Shown one piece after another: positions 44,988 through 53,807 of a DNA stretch of 64,000 nt (position 1 is its first letter; each line of letters starts with the position of its first letter). The position numbers and the translations under genes are program-made. The DNA is from Patescibacteria group bacterium (GTDB taxonomy: Bacteria; Patescibacteriota; Minisyncoccia; Phycocordibacterales; Phycocordibacteraceae), in assembly GCA_040384725.1 (NCBI GenBank), contig JAZKIS010000002.1, forward strand, positions 7,682 to 71,681, given 5' to 3'. Below the pieces are notes generated by a model that saw nothing but the letters and a program-made list of their open reading frames with translations, was not told the origin of the DNA and searched no databases.

Positions 44988-46502
44988 ATGAACCTTAAAG
45001 GCAGACGTAGGGTTACTGGCCGCAAAAACCTAGGAACTGGGGAGGCAGTAGCTGTCCTTATGGTCGGGTTTGGCCCGCACGCACAGCGTATCCATTTCCC
45101 AGCCATTCAAAAGAATGGAGCAGAATTCAATGCATACGTAGCTGCGATCGTTGAGCTTCAGTCAAAGGAGGAGGATGTACGGTCGTATATAGCAGGCCTG
45201 TCATTAGCAGTGGAGCCAGAGCTTCTGTTTCTACCAGATAGCCAGGCAGGGTCTGAACTTAGTCAAGCATTCAGAAGTAAGCTCGACCTTTATGTACAGA
45301 CTTTGGGTATCTCTGCAGTTATCATTGCTACCGAGCCTCTCGCGCACATTCCGTATGCACGCTGGGCACTTAAGAAAGGTCTTCATGTTCTCATGGACAA
45401 ACCGATCTCGACGAAGAAGAATGCGTCTTGTGATATAGCCGCTGCACGCGAAATAGCTAAAGATTATGATGACTTGCTCGCACTTCTTAAGCGCTCTAGG
45501 CTTCAGAACCCTTCCTTAGTGTTTGATCTTGTTGCGCAGCGCAGATTCCATCCTGCCTTTTTACTGCTGCAGAGTCTTGTGACAGAAGTAGCGGAGCGGA
45601 CAGGCATGCCCATATCATCAGTGTCGTCGGTCCATAGTGACGGACAATGGCGCATGCCTGATGAGATTATTGATATCGACTACCATTCCTACAACCAGGG
45701 ATACGGGAAGTGTTCCCATTCCGGATATCATTCACTCGACATACTCTCTTGGCTCATTGAGACGACCACACCGGATTCGAAAAGGCCCGATGCGATAGAT
45801 GTTTTCAGCAACTTCATGCGCCCGCAATCGTTCTACAAGCAGCTAACACGAAATGATTATCAGAAAATATTTCCTGACTACAGCTCAGTCTCTGTAAGGT
45901 CTGATAGGAAGCTGCAAACTAAGTTCACGGGCATGGGGGAGATCGATGCTCTCCTCTCACTAACCTTCAAGAAGAAAGGAGTACCGATGACGTTAGCATC
46001 CATAAGCCTCCTCCATAACGGCACTTCACAACGCGGATGGGTTAATTCTAAAGATAGAGACCTCTACAAGGGAAACGGCAGAATTCGTCATGAATCCCAC
46101 TACATCGTTCAAGGGCCTTTTCAGGCAATATCCTTTGTCTCGTACCAGAGCAAGGAATACGGCCAGTCGCGGAATGATATATACGGCATGGGAGGGGAGC
46201 ACCACCTCGATGTGCATGTATTCAGGAATGACTCGCTATTTCCTGACTGGGAGGCCCGGAGAACGTATACGTTCAAAGATATCTCCGCAGTAGAGAGTGG
46301 CGGTGCATCACAAGGCCATCAGGAGGATGCCAGACGCCTGTGCATCAAGAATTTCTTTGAGCAGGTGCACACCGGAAATCTAAACTCGAACTCCTCCCTT
46401 GAAGATCACCGCACGTCTGCACATCTGCTTAGTGCAGTATATGAATCAGCATGCAAGAGGCTGGGGACTGAGAACCCCTTGGTTACCTTACAAACTGTAT
46501 AG
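44988..46502 (+). CDS. Gfo/Idh/MocA family NAD(P)-dependent oxidoreductase
   Basis: Rossmann N-domain VLMVGFGPHAQRIHFPAI...IIATEPLAHIPYARWALKKGLHVLMDKP typical of Gfo/Idh/MocA; start uncertain (alt 45060). Confidence 0.65.
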   Translation: MNLKGRRRVTGRKNLGTGEAVAVLMVGFGPHAQRIHFPAIQKNGAEFNAYVAAIVELQSKEEDVRSYIAGLSLAVEPELLFLPDSQAGSELSQAFRSKLDLYVQTLGISAVIIATEPLAHIPYARWALKKGLHVLMDKPISTKKNASCDIAAAREIAKDYDDLLALLKRSRLQNPSLVFDLVAQRRFHPAFLLLQSLVTEVAERTGMPISSVSSVHSDGQWRMPDEIIDIDYHSYNQGYGKCSHSGYHSLDILSWLIETTTPDSKRPDAIDVFSNFMRPQSFYKQLTRNDYQKIFPDYSSVSVRSDRKLQTKFTGMGEIDALLSLTFKKKGVPMTLASISLLHNGTSQRGWVNSKDRDLYKGNGRIRHESHYIVQGPFQAISFVSYQSKEYGQSRNDIYGMGGEHHLDVHVFRNDSLFPDWEARRTYTFKDISAVESGGASQGHQEDARRLCIKNFFEQVHTGNLNSNSSLEDHRTSAHLLSAVYESACKRLGTENPLVTLQTV

Positions 46503-46559
46503 CCTGGCAACTACTATGTAACTTCGCCAGGCAACAGCATCAAAAGAAAGGAGGAGACG

Positions 46560-47276
46560 ATGATCTTTACAGTTGGATTTGAAGGCGTAAACCGCACAGG
46601 AAAAGGGACTCAGATTGGTCTGCTCCGCACTAAGCTGGAGCTCCAATCGATCCCCACACTCGTACTACGGGGTAATGGATCGCGCGAAGCACAGGGAAGT
46701 CACAAAGGTGATCCGCTCTCTGCTTGGTGGGATAAGGCTAACGACCTCCGGGATGAGATGTTTGACGCAGGGTGGTGGGTGCGCGCGAGCGTTAGGCTCG
46801 CGCGTGAATACCTGGCATGGCGCGAGTATATCTTTCCGCGCTTTCTCGAGCGCACTGGTAACACCGACGGGATTATCCTAGTGGACAGGACTGTCCTATC
46901 TGCGTTCATGTTGCTACTTGAAAATGGCGACACGGACTGGAGAAAGCTGTATCCGCCCCATGCAGGACCAAGAGGTACTGAGATCTCCGGCGAGCTAGTG
47001 TGCCCTGATCTTATCTTTAACTTCATTGCCCCAGCAGCGGCCTTGCTCCCTCGGTTAGCACCTGACGATCCGAAGCATGACTTCAGAAAGGGGCTGATCG
47101 AGCGGAACGCTGGTAAGTACGCCATAGCGTCCGCACTAGTACCCCCTGATGTGCGCCGCAGAATCCATGAGTTGGACGCTTCGCTCACTGAGGAAGTCTT
47201 GCATGAAAGCATCGTGGCAACCCTTGGGTGCTATGCACCAAAACGTATTGGAGACGCGCTTCATGCGAATCCATAA
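46560..47276 (+). CDS. thymidylate-kinase-like P-loop nucleotide kinase with divergent P-loop
   Basis: IFTVGFEGVNRTGKGTQI aligns to the dTMP kinase I(A/T)FEGxDGSGKTTQ; LID-like basic region; 238 aa. Confidence 0.5.
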   Translation: MIFTVGFEGVNRTGKGTQIGLLRTKLELQSIPTLVLRGNGSREAQGSHKGDPLSAWWDKANDLRDEMFDAGWWVRASVRLAREYLAWREYIFPRFLERTGNTDGIILVDRTVLSAFMLLLENGDTDWRKLYPPHAGPRGTEISGELVCPDLIFNFIAPAAALLPRLAPDDPKHDFRKGLIERNAGKYAIASALVPPDVRRRIHELDASLTEEVLHESIVATLGCYAPKRIGDALHANP

Positions 47277-47281
47277 CAACT

Positions 47282-47316
47282 TTCACCCTCCGAAGAGTAT
47301 CGGAGGGTGAACTTTA
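47282..47316 (+). terminator. hairpin after the kinase gene (weak T-tract)
   Basis: TTCACCCTCCGA-agagta-TCGGAGGGTGAA perfect 12-bp stem then CTTTAG. Confidence 0.4.
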
Positions 47317-47338
47317 GAAATCGTGATAACTTGATTAT

Positions 47339-47908
47339 ATGAATGAATACGAGGTAAAGCTCACTGGCCTAGACAAGGCATCTGTAAGAGAAGTGCTCGC
47401 GCGAACCGGCACACTAGAGAACGCGGAGCATGTACAGCACAATCTCGCCTATCACCTTCCCCCAGGAAGGGAGATCGAGGGAGGATGGCTTCGCATCAGG
47501 AACGAGAACGGATGCATAGCGATGAGCCTTAAGATAATCGCGAGCGACCGCATAGAGGATCAATTCGAATACCGTCTTGTAGCGAGCAGCATGGAAGAAG
47601 CGAGAGGGTTCCTTGAGCTCATGGGCGCTACACAGAAAGCCGAACAGGAAAAGAAAAGGGAAATATGGCGTGTGGACGATTGTGAAGTGGTAATAGATGA
47701 GTGGCCATTCCTCGAAGCGTATCTCGAAGTTGAAGGGCCTTCAGAAGCATCGGTTAAGGCTGTAACGGAGAAGCTTGGTTTTGATTACGCATCAGCACGT
47801 GTCTGCTCAGCCTCACGGCTCTATACTGAAAAGTACGGTGTACCGGAGAAGACAGTAAACGACGAGACTCCTATTCTTATATTTGGGATGGATAATCCCT
47901 TCACCTAG
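47339..47908 (+). CDS. CYTH-like domain protein, paralog 2
   Basis: MNEYEVKLTGL start; EIWRVDDCEVVIDEWPFLEAYLEVEG acidic tunnel strands; shares motif layout with the 42503..43036 gene. Confidence 0.5.
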   Translation: MNEYEVKLTGLDKASVREVLARTGTLENAEHVQHNLAYHLPPGREIEGGWLRIRNENGCIAMSLKIIASDRIEDQFEYRLVASSMEEARGFLELMGATQKAEQEKKREIWRVDDCEVVIDEWPFLEAYLEVEGPSEASVKAVTEKLGFDYASARVCSASRLYTEKYGVPEKTVNDETPILIFGMDNPFT

Positions 47909-48015
47909 ACTGGTTAGATACTTTGGTTTAACGATATTGACTATTCTAATAAAAGAAGTATCGTAAATCCACGTTAGCGAAAGCATGGTGCTAACAACAT
48001 AGAGAGGAGAGGTAC

Positions 48016-48357
48016 ATGCGTAAGATTGTTCTTGCCGCTTTAATCGGTTCGGCTCTGATGTCTTCGAGCGCAGAAGCGTCTGGACGAAACGGAAGGATTG
48101 AACGGCTTCGCGTAGAAATCGAGCAGTGCCTTGCACGTCAGGAGCACTGTGAAGGCGCGTATCTCCGGGTTCGTGGGGAACGCGGGACCATGCCTTTCCT
48201 GAGAGTATCCAGGGAGGCAGGGGCCGGAAGCATTTCGTTCGACGAGCTCGGGGATCTGTACGAGAATCGTCCGCTTCTAAGGGACGTAGGAATCGGCCTG
48301 GTTTTCAGGAACGAACCGTCCTGGATCCAGATTCACGAGTCCGTAACAAGACAGTGA
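48016..48357 (+). CDS. hypothetical secreted protein
   Basis: Signal peptide MRKIVLAALIGSALMSSSAEA; SD GAGAGGAGAGG; promoter-like TTGACT-16-TATCGT upstream. Confidence 0.5.
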   Translation: MRKIVLAALIGSALMSSSAEASGRNGRIERLRVEIEQCLARQEHCEGAYLRVRGERGTMPFLRVSREAGAGSISFDELGDLYENRPLLRDVGIGLVFRNEPSWIQIHESVTRQ

Positions 48358-48520
48358 CGCAAATTGCGAAGAAACTAGGTATGAGGGCGGTCTTGGAATC
48401 TCCAGGCCGCCCTTCTTCTACAACCAGTAGACCGAGCGAAGGACTTGCAATTTATAATGATTGTGCTATAGTTTTATAGCCGTAATGGGTGCGCCATTAC
48501 ATGAACCTTAGGAGGGCCGC

Positions 48521-49147
48521 ATGGCCGAAGATATTGCGATCGGCTGCAACCTTGCAGCTGGTCTGCTTGTTCTCGTCGCGTTTGCGGTCTACAACCTCAA
48601 AGACGCCAAGATCAGCACCGGCACCTGGATCATCCTCGCGTTTGGAGATTCGCTCGACCTCGCGTCGTACTTCGAAATGACCGACGAGTGGTGGAAATCC
48701 ATCGTTCCCGCCGCCTTCGCCTTGGGAAGCATCCTCACCTTCGGGATTGGGTGCATCCGGAGACGTTTCTCGTGGCCCGACGGCTATGACTGGTTCATCG
48801 TTCTACTCGATGTGGCCATCATCGGCGTCTGGTCGTGGTCCGAGACGAGAGGGATGCCGTTCAGCATCGGATCGTACGAGTTTGCCCCGCCCGCGGCGGC
48901 AAACCTGGCGCTCCAGGCAACGGCGGTGATCGCCTTCATTCCGATGTATCGAGGCCTACTGACCGGAAGGGAGCGTGAACATGCGTTGCCGTGGGTCCTG
49001 TGGACCTCCGCCTTCGTACTGTTCTGCATCTCGTCCGTATCCACCTTCAGCACTGTCGAAGAAGTGGCATATCCGGTCGTGGGACTTCTTACCCACGCGC
49101 TGGTAGCCGCAATCGCGTTTGCTGCTATCAAGCCCCTCCGCACCTAA
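48521..49147 (+). CDS. hypothetical membrane protein (6 TM, high GC)
   Basis: 208-aa hydrophobic ORF, SD GGAGGG; upstream TTGCAA-16-TATAGT promoter-like element. Confidence 0.5.
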   Translation: MAEDIAIGCNLAAGLLVLVAFAVYNLKDAKISTGTWIILAFGDSLDLASYFEMTDEWWKSIVPAAFALGSILTFGIGCIRRRFSWPDGYDWFIVLLDVAIIGVWSWSETRGMPFSIGSYEFAPPAAANLALQATAVIAFIPMYRGLLTGREREHALPWVLWTSAFVLFCISSVSTFSTVEEVAYPVVGLLTHALVAAIAFAAIKPLRT

Positions 49148-49204
49148 TTGGCGGAGGGGTTTCTGCATACGGCATGGTATAATAACGACATTAAGTGATT
49201 TTCA

Positions 49205-49408
49205 ATGAAATCGACCTTTATTTACATTGGTTTGTTCCTGGCAATCTGCATCTCGATGTACTTTATGTACGAGCGATCCTTCGTGACCCGTGACTTTGAA
49301 GTAGTGAATTCCGAAGAAGCTTCTGTGGAAGAGGAACTGGCACCAGAGGAAGTCGTTCCTGAAGAAGAGGAAATGTTACAAGCCGAGATTAGCGAGATCG
49401 AAGAATAG
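49205..49408 (+). CDS. hypothetical small protein (one TM plus acidic tail)
   Basis: 67-aa ORF IYIGLFLAICISMYFMY then an E-rich tail; no SD. Confidence 0.3.
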   Translation: MKSTFIYIGLFLAICISMYFMYERSFVTRDFEVVNSEEASVEEELAPEEVVPEEEEMLQAEISEIEE

Positions 49409-49423
49409 CCCGATCACGACAAT

Positions 49424-50500
49424 ATGAAAGATTCTTCTCCAGTTTGGTCTTGCAACGAATGGGATCCTCTCGAGGAAGTGATCGTTGGCAGCGTCGAGGG
49501 AGCGATTGTGCCTGAGCTGGATGAGGCAGTGGATGCCATCATGCCCGAGCATGCAGAATGGTTCTTCAGGGAGTATGGAGGAAAGCCCTTTCCCGAGGAC
49601 ATGATTCAAAAGGCGACGGTCGAGCTCGACAACCTCTCGAACGTTCTTTCTGATCTTGGCGTAACGGTCAGGCGGCCTGAGCCAATGGCGTTCTCAGAAG
49701 AATACAAGACGCCGTGGTGGAAAAGCTACGGCCTCTATGCTGCCATGCCTCGTGACGTGTTTATGGTCTTCGGGGATACGATCATTGAAGCCCCGATGGC
49801 ATGGAGGAGCCGCTACTTCGAGCATTTCTCGTACCGAACACTCATGAACGAGTACTTCGATAAGGGCGGCCGCTGGCTTGTTGCTCCTAAGTCAACCATG
49901 GGTGCCGGGTTCTACGATGAGTCGTATGATTCAAACAACCCAACCACTAAGGACGGCAAGAAGCGCTTTGTTATTACAGAGAACGAGATAGCGTTCGACG
50001 CGGCAGATTTCATTCGCTGCGGAAAGGATGTGTTTGTTCAGAAGAGCAACGTGACGAACGAGAAGGGCATCGAGTGGGTGCGTCGGCATGCCGGCTCAGA
50101 ATTTACGATCCATGAAGTGGAGTTCGGCGACTCGCATCCGATGCATATAGACACGACTATCGTCCCCCTCGCGCCTGGAAAGATCCTCATCAACCCTGAG
50201 TGGGTTAAGAAGCTTCCGCCTATATTTGATTCGTGGGATGTGCTCGTTGCGCCGCCTCCAACCAAGTCTGAGGATAAGGCCCTCTATTTCTCTAGCGACT
50301 GGCTTACGATTAACACGCTTAGCGTTGACGAGAAGCGTATCATCGTTGAAGAACAGGAAACGCCGCTCATTGAGGCGCTCAAGGGGTGGGGATTTGAACC
50401 GATTCCTGTGCCGTTTAGGAACTTCTACCCCTTCGGAGGATCGGTACACTGCGCAACCCTCGATGTCCGCCGTAAGGGTATCCTGAAGTCCTACTTCTAA
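49424..50500 (+). CDS. amidinotransferase (glycine/inosamine-phosphate amidinotransferase family, AGAT/StrB1-like)
   Basis: Collinear match to vertebrate AGAT: SCNEWDPLEEVIVG, AMPRDVFMVFGDTIIEAPMAWRSRYFE, FDAADFIR (catalytic Asp), HPMHIDT (His), GGSVHCATLDVRR (catalytic Cys). Confidence 0.85.
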   Translation: MKDSSPVWSCNEWDPLEEVIVGSVEGAIVPELDEAVDAIMPEHAEWFFREYGGKPFPEDMIQKATVELDNLSNVLSDLGVTVRRPEPMAFSEEYKTPWWKSYGLYAAMPRDVFMVFGDTIIEAPMAWRSRYFEHFSYRTLMNEYFDKGGRWLVAPKSTMGAGFYDESYDSNNPTTKDGKKRFVITENEIAFDAADFIRCGKDVFVQKSNVTNEKGIEWVRRHAGSEFTIHEVEFGDSHPMHIDTTIVPLAPGKILINPEWVKKLPPIFDSWDVLVAPPPTKSEDKALYFSSDWLTINTLSVDEKRIIVEEQETPLIEALKGWGFEPIPVPFRNFYPFGGSVHCATLDVRRKGILKSYF

Positions 50501-50586
50501 CCGAACTCCGGTTCAGGCCGTGTGGTATCATTCGGCCAACAAAAGTTTATCCGCCCTAGAGACTTACGATATTAATTTCGACGCAT

Positions 50587-51432
50587 ATGGACATGGACGA
50601 AGCATTTAGCTCCATAGATCTTGTAACGCAGTGTCTTACCGACAAGAAGCGTACGGATAAGTTTCAAACGGTTATCGATCGGGTCGTAAAGCCGGGAGAT
50701 GTAGTGCTCGACTCCGGCACGGGTTCAGGTGTGCTTGCCCTCATGGCGGCGAGGGCTGGAGCTAAGAAAGTTTTCGCGATTGAGTACGACCCCTATATTG
50801 CGAAGCTCGCAGCGCAAAGCGTTCTCCTGAACGGCTTCTCTGATGTTGTCGACATCGTGGTCGGTGACGTGAGGAACGTTAATTTCCCGAAGGATACGGT
50901 CTTCGATGTCGTTATCATGGAAATGCTCACCACCGGCATGATTGATGAGTACCAGGTGTGGACCATGAATAATCTCCATGCGAAGGGATACATAACTAAG
51001 GAGACGCGTCTCATACCGCAGAGACAGGATACGTATATCTCTCTCGCTAACGCGGACTTCACTAACTACGGCCTCACCATGCGTATGGTGCGCCACATCT
51101 GGGAGCCGCACAGCACGATCGATTTGAGCATTCTTACGAAGACGGAGCTATTGAATTCGATTGCGTTCAATACTACGAATTCACTATCTTCCAATACGAT
51201 TACGGTCTTTACGGCGGAAAAGGCAGGAACGGTCAACAGTGTCTATATTACGAGCAAGACCATACTCGACGAAGAGACCGAGGTCGGTGATACGGCTGCC
51301 CTTAACGCACCGGTGGTGTGGCCGCTCGAGAAGGATATTGAGGTTGAAAAGGGCGATTCGCTCGAGGTTGCGATCAATTACAGTTTTGGCGGCGGTTTCC
51401 GCAACTTCAGCGTTCAGGTCCGCAAACTATAG
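50587..51432 (+). CDS. class I SAM-dependent methyltransferase with PRMT-like (arginine/guanidino N-methyltransferase) motif layout
   Basis: VVLDSGTGSGVLALMAARAGAKKVFAIE vs PRMT motif I [27 protein letters not shown]; post-I acidic, DIVVGDV, FDVVIMEMLTTGMIDE vs VDIIISEWMGYCL double-E loop; no THW loop seen. Confidence 0.55.
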   Translation: MDMDEAFSSIDLVTQCLTDKKRTDKFQTVIDRVVKPGDVVLDSGTGSGVLALMAARAGAKKVFAIEYDPYIAKLAAQSVLLNGFSDVVDIVVGDVRNVNFPKDTVFDVVIMEMLTTGMIDEYQVWTMNNLHAKGYITKETRLIPQRQDTYISLANADFTNYGLTMRMVRHIWEPHSTIDLSILTKTELLNSIAFNTTNSLSSNTITVFTAEKAGTVNSVYITSKTILDEETEVGDTAALNAPVVWPLEKDIEVEKGDSLEVAINYSFGGGFRNFSVQVRKL

Positions 51433-51447
51433 GGTATACTTTTTTCA

Positions 51448-53064
51448 ATGGATTTATTGTGTCCTTGGGAAGCTCCGCAATATTTGATCTTCTCGTCAAA
51501 TATTCCTACGCTCCATTACTATTCTCACCTGGTCGCCATTCTTGCGGCGGTAGTGTTCGCATTCGCACTCATCGGTCGCTTCCGAGAAAGCAGCACCGTG
51601 CGCTGGCTCTTCGTTACAATCTTCCTCTTCTCTATCTGGACGGCGATCGACACGCTGCTGTGGGCATCCAACAGGCCTGACCTGGTTCTATTCCTTTGGA
51701 ATACACAGATACTGCTCGAAGCACTCTTCTACGCTTCTGCATTCTGCTTATCCTACGCATTCATTACCAACAAGGATCCGGGAGCGATTAACGTGTCACT
51801 TCTGGCCGTCCTGGTTCTGCCTATCATTGCCGTTATACCGACGGGCCATGCGCTGGAAGGGATAGATATTGCATACTGCAATGCGCTTGAGACGCCATTC
51901 ATTATTTTCTACACCTATGCGGTGCAGATACTGATCGCGCTTTCCATCCTGTTCCTAACCTTTAGAGAGTCGGCCCGTTCGCAGGGCCGCGCGCTACCCA
52001 TACAGCTCTTTGCTGCAGGCATGATCATCTTCCTGATCGCGTTCTCTTCGGGCAATATCATCGGAAGCATTACGGATGACTGGGAGCTGGCTCAGGCCGG
52101 TCTTCTGGGAATGCCTATATTCATCGGATTCCTCGCCTACACAACGGTTAGGTTTAGGACATTCAACGTTAAGATCCTTGGAGCGCAGGCGCTCGTGGTG
52201 TCACTCTGGCTCGTTACGTTCTTCCAGCTTTTCGTAAGGTCTGTCGAGAACATGCGACTCATCATCGGCGTGAATCTGGTGCTCTTCAGTATCATCGGGT
52301 ATTTCCTTATAAAGGGCGTGCGCAGGGAGGTCCAGCAGCGCGAACGAATTCAGGTGCTTGCCGCAGATCTTGAGAAGGCAAACAAGCAGCAGGTCACCCT
52401 TATCCACTTCATCACGCACCAGATCAAGGGCTTCGTTACTAAGTCACGCAACATATTCTCGCTTATGCGTGAAGGTGATCTCGGTCCGATCCCTGAAGCG
52501 ATGAAGCCTATGATCGAGGAAGGATTCCGCTCTGATACGAAGGGCGTGACGACTATTCAGGAGATCCTCAACGCCGCTAACATCAAGAGCGGGAAGGTGA
52601 CCTACAGCAAGGAGCCGTTCGATCTGAAGGCGCTTATCGATGAGATTCTCCAAGATCTCAAAGCCGCCGCCGACGCTAAAGGTCTCGTCCTCCAGACAAA
52701 CACCGGCGATACGCCTCTCATGTACCCAGGAGATAAGGCGCAGCTCACGAACGCGCTTAAGAACCTTATCGACAACTCGATCAAGTACACCATGCAGGGT
52801 GAGGTTCGCGTTACGCTTGCACAAGAGGCCGGCAAGGCTCGCTTCACCGTAGAGGACACCGGTGTCGGTATCACTCCCGAGGATATGGCGCATCTCTTTA
52901 CCGAGGGCGGTCACGGAGCGAACTCAGCGAAAATAAACGTTGAGTCCACAGGCTTCGGTCTCTACATCGTGAAGAACATCGTCGAGGCGCATAACGGCAA
53001 GGTCTGGGCGGAATCAGACGGGGAGGGCAAGGGTTCCCGATTCATCGTTGAGCTTCCGGTATAG
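51448..53064 (+). CDS. sensor histidine kinase with 7-8 TM N-terminal domain (orphan, no adjacent response regulator)
   Basis: H-box LIHFITHQIKGFV, HATPase_c N/G1/G2 boxes (LKNLIDNSIKYT, EDTGVGI, STGFGL). Confidence 0.85.
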   Translation: MDLLCPWEAPQYLIFSSNIPTLHYYSHLVAILAAVVFAFALIGRFRESSTVRWLFVTIFLFSIWTAIDTLLWASNRPDLVLFLWNTQILLEALFYASAFCLSYAFITNKDPGAINVSLLAVLVLPIIAVIPTGHALEGIDIAYCNALETPFIIFYTYAVQILIALSILFLTFRESARSQGRALPIQLFAAGMIIFLIAFSSGNIIGSITDDWELAQAGLLGMPIFIGFLAYTTVRFRTFNVKILGAQALVVSLWLVTFFQLFVRSVENMRLIIGVNLVLFSIIGYFLIKGVRREVQQRERIQVLAADLEKANKQQVTLIHFITHQIKGFVTKSRNIFSLMREGDLGPIPEAMKPMIEEGFRSDTKGVTTIQEILNAANIKSGKVTYSKEPFDLKALIDEILQDLKAAADAKGLVLQTNTGDTPLMYPGDKAQLTNALKNLIDNSIKYTMQGEVRVTLAQEAGKARFTVEDTGVGITPEDMAHLFTEGGHGANSAKINVESTGFGLYIVKNIVEAHNGKVWAESDGEGKGSRFIVELPV

Positions 53065-53071
53065 ATAGAAG

Positions 53072-53102
53072 AAGCCGCTCCCTAGGGAGCGGCTTTCAGT
53101 TT
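53072..53102. terminator. bidirectional intrinsic terminator
   Basis: AAGCCGCTCCC-tag-GGAGCGGCTT then TCAGTTTG; convergent GNAT gene on the other side. Confidence 0.7.
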
Positions 53103-53109
53103 GAATTCA

Positions 53110-53763
53110 TCAGGGTTGTTGGTTAGTTTCTTTCGTTACGCGCTTGCGTTGCAGCGCCGTGAGTTTCGGGAGCGTTCTTGAGGATTGGTACTTCCCCCAG
53201 ACACGCTCCCAATCCTCGCGGAAGCACTCGAGGACGAGCACGTCGACGTAGGCGCCTTCGTGAAAATCATGGGCCTTCCTGCGACCGATGATCTTATAAC
53301 CGCACTTCAAGAGGTGTCCGAGGCTCGGCGCATTGAACGCCTTCACCTCGGACAAGAGCTTGCGCAGCCCGAGGATCTTGAACGCGTGATACTGCATCCA
53401 GAGCTTCGCTTCAGTACCGTATCCTTTCTCGCGCGCGTTATCAGCGCCGAGCACGGATCCGGTTGTAGCATGTCCCGAGGGCCACTCCACATCGTGGATG
53501 CCCGCGTGTCCGAGATAGCGGTACTCCCGACCCGTCTCCGTGTCCTCGTGCGCGAGGACCGCGAAGACTTCGTGCACGCCTTTGCCCTTACGGAGCTTTT
53601 CGATCCATTCGTCGAAGTCTTCGGGGTAGTAGGGCGGGCGCTGGAGCGTTCCGCTGATCGCGGTGCGCCGGTTGGGCCACGGAAGGTACTCCGGGCCGTA
53701 CATGCGCTGCATAAGGGCCAGCGACATGGTTATGCCTTCATACGCGATGATATGCGTAGCCAT
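53110..53763 (-). CDS. GNAT family N-acetyltransferase (RimJ/RimL-like)
   Basis: Acetyl-CoA motif A REKGYGTEA; 217 aa; SD AAAGGAAC. Confidence 0.75.
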   Translation of the reverse strand: MATHIIAYEGITMSLALMQRMYGPEYLPWPNRRTAISGTLQRPPYYPEDFDEWIEKLRKGKGVHEVFAVLAHEDTETGREYRYLGHAGIHDVEWPSGHATTGSVLGADNAREKGYGTEAKLWMQYHAFKILGLRKLLSEVKAFNAPSLGHLLKCGYKIIGRRKAHDFHEGAYVDVLVLECFREDWERVWGKYQSSRTLPKLTALQRKRVTKETNQQP

Positions 53764-53807
53764 CGTGTGTTCCTTTCAAAGAACGTGCTCTGCTCCAAAA
53801 ACGAGAA

